Below, one piece after another: positions 1 to 7,800 of a stretch of DNA of 14,189 nucleotides. Source of the stretch: a virus (taxonomy: Duplodnaviria > Heunggongvirae > Uroviricota > Caudoviricetes). The translations under genes and the position numbers were made by a program. The stretch's first letter is position 1. Each line of letters opens with the position of its first letter. The stretch covers positions 1-14,189 of the IMG/VR virus record IMGVR_UViG_3300010388_000318. One strand, written 5' to 3'. The notes beneath the pieces were generated by a model. It was not told the DNA's origin, did no database searches, and saw only the letters and a program-made list of their open reading frames with translations.

Positions 1-191
1 ATATCGTTGACGCTAAAGATCGTACCTGACATTGAGTCGGTGATCGAAAATAGCTGTCCGGTATTACCTGAGAATGAAAGGGTATTTGACGTGCTTAGAA
101 AAGTGGCACTGATTGAACCACCGCCATTGGCGAAATCTACGTTGGGCGTAGCTAGCCCTTTTTTAACTACAAATCTTTTATCGTTGGCCAC
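1..191 (-). CDS. 5' part of a tail-fibre/virion structural protein, paralog of 2468..4777 (partial, runs off the left edge)
   Basis: Manual translation from GTG at 189-191 gives MANDKRFVVKKGLATPNVDFANGGGSISATFLSTSNTLSFSGNTGQLFSITDSMSGTIFSVND with no stop. The N-terminus nearly matches MANDKRFIVKNGL of 2468..4777. SD-like AGAGGA and a late promoter (229-236) lie upstream. Absent from the ORF track. Confidence 0.88.
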   Translation of the reverse strand, partial: MANDKRFVVKKGLATPNVDFANGGGSISATFLSTSNTLSFSGNTGQLFSITDSMSGTIFSVND

Positions 192-228
192 TGATTCACT
201 GTCCTCTAGTTGGCGGTTATGTTAGTTA

Positions 229-236
229 TATTTATG
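229..236 (-). promoter_or_regulatory. T4-type late promoter (CATAAATA)
   Basis: Plus-strand tatttatg reads CATAAATA on the minus strand: 7/8 match to the T4 gp55 consensus TATAAATA, intergenic, 38 nt upstream of the GTG at 191. Confidence 0.7.
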
Positions 237-239
237 CTT

Positions 240-881
240 TTAAATTCCGTATCTACCACGAATGGCTTCGAAATTTCGTTGAATTTCGCTGTCACTTAAT
301 TCTCTATTCCACATATAGAAGTTTTCTACTTTTGAAGAGGCTGAACCTGTTGGTCCAATTATTTTAAGTGGAGAAGTCGAGTTTGCTCGTGCTCCTGATC
401 CGACACGACCTCCGAGCTTTGCTCCATTGACCCACATTTGGCCACCAGAAGTGTCGTTATATTGCAAAGTGATTGCGTACTTATTGCCATTAACTGCAAC
501 TAATCTTCCGCTTATATCTCTCCAAGTGCCACCCACATTTGCATACCAAAAAATATTATTAATTACACCACCAGCAGTAGTTCCAAAATGATAGAGAGTA
601 AACGATGAATCAGTAGTGCCACTCCATTTACTTACTGGTTGTTCGGCATATCCAACAAATGTAGCAATTTTATTAATAACTATGCTTATTGTGATACCTG
701 TTGATTCCGATCCCATCCATGTTTCATTACCAACACCAGCACTTACAGGGTCTGTATATGATATATTTCTAACAATATCAGTCCAAGTTCCACCAGAACC
801 TGAATAAGATTTATTGTTTGTGATATCGAAAGCCGATTTTAAATCATCATTGACAATCTTAGGACCAGCAAAAACAGCCAT
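240..881 (-). CDS. Divergent LamG/concanavalin A-like lectin-fold virion protein
   Basis: 213 aa. N-terminal KIVNDDL..FD..N.KSYSGSG.TW.D and C-terminal WNRELSDSEIQRNFEAIRGRYGI match its two neighbours. ATG overlaps the upstream TAA (TAATG at 879-883). Confidence 0.75.
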   Translation of the reverse strand: MAVFAGPKIVNDDLKSAFDITNNKSYSGSGGTWTDIVRNISYTDPVSAGVGNETWMGSESTGITISIVINKIATFVGYAEQPVSKWSGTTDSSFTLYHFGTTAGGVINNIFWYANVGGTWRDISGRLVAVNGNKYAITLQYNDTSGGQMWVNGAKLGGRVGSGARANSTSPLKIIGPTGSASSKVENFYMWNRELSDSEIQRNFEAIRGRYGI

Positions 882-1528
882 TAGATGACATACCTTCCAC
901 GAAGAGCGTTGAAGTTCTGTTCAACTTCATTTTTTGATAATTCTCTATTATAAGCAACCATATTTGAAATTCTGCCATTGAAATAATTTGAATTGTTAGT
1001 TTGACCAATTCGGTTTATAGTTCCAAAGGTTCTACCCTGAGCAACAGTTCCTGAAACTACTTCAACGCCATTAATATACAATCGGTCTGTAGCGCCTCTA
1101 GTGACACCAACATGATACCAATTTGAATTTAATATTGTAGATGCTGCTGATTGTATTTGAAACGTTCCACCTGATTGAGTTACAAGACTCAATCTACCAT
1201 CAATAGACAATTCCAATGAAGCATACTTACTAGTGGTTCCAAAAATTACATCAACTGTTGTGGAATCGTTTCGATAAATCCAAGCAAACCCTGAAAAAAA
1301 GTTTGGTTCAGCATTAATTGTTGTTGTCAAATTTCCTTGTTCGTTAGTTCCATCAAAAGTAAAATGCGTTGTACTATATGTTGGAGCATTCACAAGAGTA
1401 ATATCATTTCTATTTGGACTTAAATCAAACCAAGTAGTACCGCTACCTGAATACGACTTTATATTGGCTGCATCCAAACATAATACCAAACCATTTCGTA
1501 CTATATTCGTACCATGCTCTAAGCTCAT
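881..1528 (-). CDS. LamG/concanavalin A-like lectin-fold virion protein (215 aa; start corrected to ATG 1528)
   Basis: IVRNGLVLCLDAANIKSYSGSGTTWFDLS; W.HV.VT, LYING and YNRELS..EV.QNFNALRGRY are LamG-family motifs. ATG 1526-1528 forms an ATGA overlap with the stop of 1525..1779. Alignment to paralogs rejects the upstream start at 1555. Confidence 0.85.
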   Translation of the reverse strand: MSLEHGTNIVRNGLVLCLDAANIKSYSGSGTTWFDLSPNRNDITLVNAPTYSTTHFTFDGTNEQGNLTTTINAEPNFFSGFAWIYRNDSTTVDVIFGTTSKYASLELSIDGRLSLVTQSGGTFQIQSAASTILNSNWYHVGVTRGATDRLYINGVEVVSGTVAQGRTFGTINRIGQTNNSNYFNGRISNMVAYNRELSKNEVEQNFNALRGRYVI

Positions 1529-1779
1529 TCTGGTTCTTCCACAGGTGCCGTCCAATCAGGACCAGAAAGAATGATTAGGAATTGTTCGTGAGTAAACTCT
1601 TCTGATCTATTTGTCAAGGCGACAACAGAAGAAGGCATTTCACCTTCATACTTGACAAAGGTTAGATTGCCGTCTACAGAACGTCTAACTGTTTCGGATG
1701 ATGTTTCCATGACTTGTGTGAAGTCAATCTGATCAATCTCATTGTAGAACATCACGATATATTTTCTATTCTCAAACAT
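1525..1779 (-). CDS. Small acidic phage protein of unknown function inside the lectin cassette
   Basis: 84 aa, E/D-rich (IDFTQVMETSSETVRRSVDG.LTFVKYEGEMP). Overlaps both neighbours (8 nt and 4 nt). Resembles small conserved proteins I recall next to LamG genes in aquatic phages (recollection, not searched). Confidence 0.8.
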   Translation of the reverse strand: MFENRKYIVMFYNEIDQIDFTQVMETSSETVRRSVDGNLTFVKYEGEMPSSVVALTNRSEEFTHEQFLIILSGPDWTAPVEEPE

Positions 1780-2458
1780 TATATCTACCTCTCAAAGCAT
1801 TAAAGTTCTGTTGGATTTCTGTCGCTGACAAAGCACGGTTATATACTTTTACAGAAGAAAGATTTCCATTATAATAATATCCTCTGCTTCCAGCGTAGCC
1901 TCCATACACACCTACTGACATACCACCACTATTGGTGTTGATAGTTCCGGTTTGTGTGTCAGCAGCAACTTGAACTCCGTTAATATAAATTCTTCTGTCA
2001 CCACTAGTATAAGTGCCAACAATTTGAAACCATGAATCAGTATTCAAAAAGTTTGATGATGTAATCGATAATGTATTAATACCAATACTGACTAAATTCA
2101 TTCTCCAACGTAACGTAGTACCTTCTTGGAACAAAGAATATTGTGTGTTCACTGTTCCCTTTTCAAAAAAGAATCCATTTTGCGTTAAGCTATTAGTTTT
2201 AACCCAAACCTCAACAGTTGGGGATTGAGCATCAAGAGATGTATCGTTTTGCATTCTGGCAAAATCATCAGTGACGAATTCAAAATAACCAGCATTTGAT
2301 GAATTGAAAGTAGGAGAATTGACTAGCTCTGCTGTATTGGTTGCTCCTCTCAAATCATTCCATGCAGTACCTGTACCTGAATACGACTTTTTGTTAGCCG
2401 CATCCAGATACAGTACTAAACCATCACGAACAATACTTGTGTTATAGGCGATAGCCAT
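1772..2458 (-). CDS. LamG/concanavalin A-like lectin-fold virion protein (228 aa; ATG 2458)
   Basis: IVRDGLVLYLDAANKKSYSGTGTAWNDL, TVEVWVK, WFQIVGTY, IYINGV, VYNRALSATEIQQNFNALRGRY. SD-like AAGGGTG directly follows the TAA of the upstream fibre. Confidence 0.9.
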   Translation of the reverse strand: MAIAYNTSIVRDGLVLYLDAANKKSYSGTGTAWNDLRGATNTAELVNSPTFNSSNAGYFEFVTDDFARMQNDTSLDAQSPTVEVWVKTNSLTQNGFFFEKGTVNTQYSLFQEGTTLRWRMNLVSIGINTLSITSSNFLNTDSWFQIVGTYTSGDRRIYINGVQVAADTQTGTINTNSGGMSVGVYGGYAGSRGYYYNGNLSSVKVYNRALSATEIQQNFNALRGRYNV

Positions 2459-2467
2459 CAATCACCC

Positions 2468-4777
2468 TTAAATTACGAATAGCTGTTCCGAAACTCTGAA
2501 TGCGATAGAGTTAGCTGAAGCAGGAGTTGCAAGAACTCTTACGTTGTTGCTGACAATATCTACTTCATATGTAGCTAGTGCTACTGGACCTGTGAAGAGC
2601 ATACCATATTCAGTTGCTGAAGCAGTAGTATTATCATGAACAACCAGAAGCTCAGTTACGTGACGACGAGTTGTTGATGTTTCAGTTGCCTGAACGTAAA
2701 TCTTCGCACTACCATAAGCGTTAGCAGAGAATGATGCAATCTGAACCTGAGCAACAGCAGTTGTGGTATTTGAATCGCCAGAAAGATGTGAGATATTTCT
2801 TACTGAGAGATAATTGGTTGTGTTAGCAATAGCAAAGGTTGCGTTAGTGAACGCACCAGTGTTAGCAGTTACTGTACCAATACCAAGTGGTGACTGCCAT
2901 GTTGCGCCCTGTAGAGCAGCAGCGTTAGCAGCATTTGTAGAATTACCAACAGATAGCTGGATTTCCTGCTTACCATATGCAAATAGTGCGTTGTTTGCTG
3001 TAGTAGCGAACACAGCGTTAGCAACAGATAGCTGACCTTCTTGCTTACCATTTAGATAGGTAGCATTGTTTGCATTAGCAACAGTACCAGAAATGTTGTT
3101 AGCGTTTGTCCAGTAGATCGATGTTCCGTTTGATGACAGAACTTGACCAGCAACACCAGAAGAGTTATTAGCAATAAGTGCATCTGTGATGACAACATTT
3201 GAAGTGAATGTCGCAACGTCTGATACTATAAGAGTGGTGAAAGCACCAGTGTTAGCTGTTACTGTACCAATACCAAGCGGAGCTTGCCATGTTCTTCCTT
3301 GAAGAGCAGCAGCATTGGCAGAGTTTGCAACACTTAGTTGTTCTTCCTGCTTACCATTCAAACGAAGAGCATTATTAGCAGTTGTTGCAAATGTAGCATT
3401 AGCTACTGACAACTGGCTTTCTTGCTTACCATATGCGAACAATGAGTTATTTGCAGTAGAAGCAAATACCGCATTAGCAACACTTAGTTGTGATTCCTGT
3501 TTACCGTTGAAACGAAGAGCGTTATTAGCAGTTGTGGCAAACACAGCATTGGCAGCGATAGCAACAGATAGCTGAGACTCTTGCTTGCCATATGAGTAAG
3601 TTGAATTGTTTGCAGTACCAGAATAGGTATTAGCATCAAGAGTTGAAAATGAAGTATTGTTACCAATTCTAATTGCATTCATTGCTAGGTTAGCATAAGA
3701 GAATGAGGTATCATTGATATTGATTGTATTATTATTGGCTACTGCATTCTCATCGCCATATGTTGACATAAGAATAAATTCTTTTGTCGATGGATTTCTT
3801 ACAAGACCAGCATGGTTTGTAGTATTACCAGAACCACTATAATGAATTGTGAAACCACCCCACAACACGTCACTTGCATTGTTAGTACCCAATTTGATCA
3901 ATGGGTCAGAAACAGTAAGTGATTGGATGTTGGTAGAAACAAGGTTTCCTGTTAGGATTAGATCGCCACCAATGCTAACAGAACCTGTAAAGGTACCATT
4001 TGCAAATGACACATCATCTGTTGTACGAACATTCTGGTTCATACGGTATGGTAGACGAGCTTCAGCTAGCGTACCAGTTGTGATGTTGGTTGCATTGGTG
4101 TAGTATGCAGGAAGATTACCACCAAGATAAAGAGCGTTGTTTGCTGTCTGAGCAAAATCAGAGTTAGCAACAAAGCTACCAGCAACACCGCCAGCAAGAG
4201 TTGCGTATACAGCATTAGCAACAGATAGCTGAGCTTCTTGCTTACCGTTAAAGCGGAGAGCATTGTTGGCAGTATCGGCAAACACAGCATTTGCAGCGAT
4301 GGCAACACTTAGTTGTGATTCCTGTTTGCCGTTAAAACGTAAAGCATTGTTAGCGGTATCAGCAAATACAGCATTGGCAGCAATAGCAACAGAAAGTTGG
4401 CTTTCCTGCTTACCATTGAAACGAAGGGCATTGTTAGCAGTTGTGGCGAATACAGCGTTAGCAGCAATGGCAACTGATAGCTGAGATTCTTGCTTGCCAT
4501 ATGCAAATGATGAATTATTGGCAGTGGCTTCATAGAATGTCGAATTGACGGTAATTCCAGAAGTACCAAAGGCAATAGCACCATTGACATGCAACACATT
4601 TGTGTTACTATCACTGATAGTGATCAATGTGCCAAGAGCACTATTGGCACTGATCGTTAATGTGCCATTTGCATTATAATTGAAGTCGAGAATAGCAGTC
4701 GTGTTGCTGCTATTAGCGAAACTTACACTAGGTCCGCTAAGACCATTCTTGACTATAAATCTTTTATCATTCGCCAT
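2468..4777 (-). CDS. Tail-fibre-like virion structural protein (769 aa) with GKQESQLSV repeats and a conserved C-terminal beta domain
   Basis: Ala/Asn/Thr/Ser-rich and Cys-free. 10 GKQExQLSV motifs and two W..P.GIGTVTANTGAFT motifs. C-terminal SAK...TELLVVHD.T....EYG...LATY..DI...NVR.LATP domain is typical of T4-like (cyanophage-type) virion structural proteins. Confidence 0.85.
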   Translation of the reverse strand: MANDKRFIVKNGLSGPSVSFANSSNTTAILDFNYNANGTLTISANSALGTLITISDSNTNVLHVNGAIAFGTSGITVNSTFYEATANNSSFAYGKQESQLSVAIAANAVFATTANNALRFNGKQESQLSVAIAANAVFADTANNALRFNGKQESQLSVAIAANAVFADTANNALRFNGKQEAQLSVANAVYATLAGGVAGSFVANSDFAQTANNALYLGGNLPAYYTNATNITTGTLAEARLPYRMNQNVRTTDDVSFANGTFTGSVSIGGDLILTGNLVSTNIQSLTVSDPLIKLGTNNASDVLWGGFTIHYSGSGNTTNHAGLVRNPSTKEFILMSTYGDENAVANNNTININDTSFSYANLAMNAIRIGNNTSFSTLDANTYSGTANNSTYSYGKQESQLSVAIAANAVFATTANNALRFNGKQESQLSVANAVFASTANNSLFAYGKQESQLSVANATFATTANNALRLNGKQEEQLSVANSANAAALQGRTWQAPLGIGTVTANTGAFTTLIVSDVATFTSNVVITDALIANNSSGVAGQVLSSNGTSIYWTNANNISGTVANANNATYLNGKQEGQLSVANAVFATTANNALFAYGKQEIQLSVGNSTNAANAAALQGATWQSPLGIGTVTANTGAFTNATFAIANTTNYLSVRNISHLSGDSNTTTAVAQVQIASFSANAYGSAKIYVQATETSTTRRHVTELLVVHDNTTASATEYGMLFTGPVALATYEVDIVSNNVRVLATPASANSIAFRVSEQLFVI
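3560..4105 (-). repeat. 182-codon module duplicated at 6327-6872 (copy 1)
   Basis: Ungapped alignment YYTNATNI...YGKQESQLxVA gives 152/182 identical residues by hand count. 34 identical nt at 4021-4054 and 6788-6821. Confidence 0.95.
4247..4498 (-). repeat. Three tandem 84-bp (28-aa) coding repeats GKQESQLSVAIAANAVFA(T/D)TANNALRFN
   Basis: GKQ anchors start at 4498, 4414, 4330 and 4246, exact 84-bp spacing. Units 2 and 3 are identical in protein. Confidence 0.97.
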
Positions 4778-4806
4778 TTTGTATTACCCTTTGCCTTTGC
4801 TGTATT

Positions 4807-4814
4807 TATTTATA
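4807..4814 (-). promoter_or_regulatory. T4-type late promoter (TATAAATA, perfect)
   Basis: Plus-strand tatttata is an exact gp55 consensus on the minus strand, intergenic, 30 nt upstream of ATG 4777. An overlapping AATAAATA lies at 4803-4810. Confidence 0.85.
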
Positions 4815-4820
4815 AGATCA

Positions 4821-7800
4821 TCATACTAGAAATAGATTCTGAATGACCTTGAATGTTGTTGTATTTGAAGAAATTGGTGTTGCGAGAATTCTGACATTAC
4901 CTGATAAAATATCAGTGTCGAATGTTGCCAGTGCCGTATTGCCTGTTTGCACAACACCATACTCAGTAGCAACTACATTTGTATTGTCATGTGAAAGTAA
5001 AAGCTCACTGATATGTCTAAAATTGGTGTGTGTATCTGTCACTTCGATAATAAGTTTACCACCAGTATAGGTCGCTGTAGAGAATTCAATGATGTTCGCA
5101 GGTGTCATACCAGATACTGTGATCTTGCCAAGGCCCATCATGTGAGCAGCGCCAGCAAATGCAATATGTGATGTTACGTTTGCATATGTGAACTTGCCTG
5201 TATTAGCAGTTGTCTCACCAATAGCAGCAGGTGTATTCCAATCGTATCCATCAAGATAGTTTGCATTATTTGATGATGCCGTAGAAGATGCTGAGTTGAC
5301 ATTCAATTCGTTTTCATTTTTACCATATGCACGATATGCGTTGTTTGCACTGGCAGGAAAATATACTGAGTTAATAACAGTATTACCAACTGAAATATAA
5401 CCATTGACAACAGCGTTTGTTTTCACTAAAAATGTATTGGCTTGAAGATCAAGGAACTTGCCGTCATTTGGTGTTGTGTTACCAATTGAACCGGGTGATT
5501 CCCATGTCTTATTCTGTAATGTCAGAGCATTATTTGCGTTTGTCTGGCTTGATAGAATTGAGAAGTATGAGGTGTTTACCCATAGACCAGAAGAGTTTGC
5601 AATCAGACCTTCTTTGGCATTAACTGCTACGTCATCCTGATTGACTGAGATACCAGCACCAGCACCAACATACAAGCTTCCGATATCAGTGATAGGACCA
5701 CCAAGTAGACCAGACCCGCCCTCAACGCTTGTTACTGTACCAACGAATTCATCTTGCGTACTGATAACAACATATGATGAATTAGAAAATACTTGTGATG
5801 TACCATTACCAACCAATAGAACATCATTATTGACATTATTGGAATTGTATAGTCGAATTACACCAACATCAGTATTAGCAACTGTCTGTAGGTAATAAAG
5901 TGCGCCCTGATCTTGTTTCCAATATATTCCACCAGTACCGTTTGAAGCTAGTACTTGATTGGTGTTGCCAAATGAGTTTTGAGCCTTGATGCCACCATTA
6001 ATGATGATATCTTGGAATGTCCATGTGTTTGAAACGGTAACAGAGCTTGTACTATTGATGCTGCTTGGTGGAAGAACTTCCCAAGGCAAAGTGCCAGTTG
6101 TGATGTTCGCTGCATTAGTGAAGTATGACGAATCAAGACCATCAAGATAGTTTGCACTATTGGAATAAACAGAATTAGCAACACTTAGCTGGCTCTCTTG
6201 TTTACCATATGCATACGTCGAATTGTTTGCAGTTTGTGCATAAACCGCATTCGCAACTGATAGTTGACTTTCTTGCTTACCATTTAAACGGAGAGCATTG
6301 TTAGCAGTCTGTGCAAAGACCGCATTAGCTACTCTTAACTGGCTCTCTTGCTTGCCATATGCATAGGTTGCATTGTTCGCTGTACCACTATAGGTATTAC
6401 CATCAAGAGTCGAATATGAAGTATTATTACCAAGCTTAATACTATTGACTGCTAAATTAGCATATGTGAATGAGGGATCAGTAACAACAATAGTATTATT
6501 ATTGGCAACAGAAACTTCATCACCATAAGTTGACATAAGAATGAATTCTTTTGTCGAAGGGTCTCTGATAAGACCAGCATGGTTTGTTGTGTTTCCAGAA
6601 CCACTATAGTGAATTGTGAAACCGCCCCATAGAGTATCAGCAGTATTATTTGAACCCAACTTAATCAGTGGGTCAGCAACACTCAAGGATTGTATGTTCT
6701 GTGAGTATAGGTTTCCGGTTAGGGTTAGATCACCACCAATACTAACGCTACCAGTGAACGTACCATTAGCGAATGTTACATCGTCAGTTGTACGAACATT
6801 CTGGTTCATACGGTATGGTAGGCGAGGCTCTGCTAATGTGCCTGTTGAAATGTTAGTGGCATTTGTGTAGTATGCTGAGTTGAAGCCACCAAGGTACTGA
6901 GCAGTATTCGCATCAAGTGCAGTCTCTGCTTTGCCATTCAAGAAGTTTGCTACGTTAGCATATAGAGCAGTATTTGCGTCTAAGGCACTCTCTGCTTTGC
7001 CGTTTAGGAAATTTGCTACATTGGCATAAAGAGCAGTATTCGCATCAAGTGCGTTCTCTGCCTTACCGTTTAGGAAGTTGGCAACATTTGCATACTGAGC
7101 AGTGTTAGCGTCTAGCGCACTTTCCGCCTTACCATTGAGATAGTTGGCAACATTAGCTGTATAAGCAAACTCTGCATTGACCGCATAAATTGCACTATTC
7201 GTGTTTAGCGCATCTTCAGCAACGCCGTCAAGATACTTTGCGACATTGGCAGTGTATGCGAATTCAGCATTGGTCGCATAGGTAGCTGAGTTAGCATTAA
7301 GAGCTTCTTCAGCTTTACCGCCATATGAATATAGAGCAGCATTTGCAATCCCTGCATATGTAGCATAGTTAGCGTACAGAGCACTATTGGTGTTTAGAGC
7401 ATCAGCAGCAACGCCATTTAGGAAGTTGGCAACATTAGCTGTATAAGAAAACTCTGCATTAACCGCATAGGTCGCTGAGTTAGCATTTAGGGCTTCTTCT
7501 GACTTACCGCCATATGAGTACAATGCAACATTTGAAATTCCCGCATAGGACGCATAGTTAGCGTACAGAGCGGTGTTAGCATCAAGTGCCTGTTCTGCCT
7601 TACCATTTAGGAAGTTTGCTACGTTAGCAGTATAAGCAAATTCGGCATTGACAGCGTATGTAGCACTGTTCGCATTTAGAGCTTCTTCAGCCTTACCACC
7701 ATACGAATATAGAGCAGCGTTAGCGATACCTGCATAGGTCGCATAGTTGGCATAGAGAGCAGTATTCGCATCAAGTGCACTCTCTGCTTTGCCGTTTAGG

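Noticed and set aside
1529-1555. Extended N-terminus MDGTCGRTR for the 881 LamG gene, and the TTG starts at 2461 and 8213
   Set aside because: Paralog alignment, the ATGA overlap and SD position favour ATG at 1528, 2458 and 8201.
850-5853. Other plus-strand TTGACA hexamers (850, 1652, 5404, 5830)
   Set aside because: None has a good -10 box at 16-18 nt spacing, and all lie inside coding sequence.
3560-6872. Diversity-generating retroelement template/variable repeat pair
   Set aside because: The two copies differ mainly at synonymous positions of all base types rather than at adenines only. Both are internal and coding, and there is no reverse transcriptase in the window.
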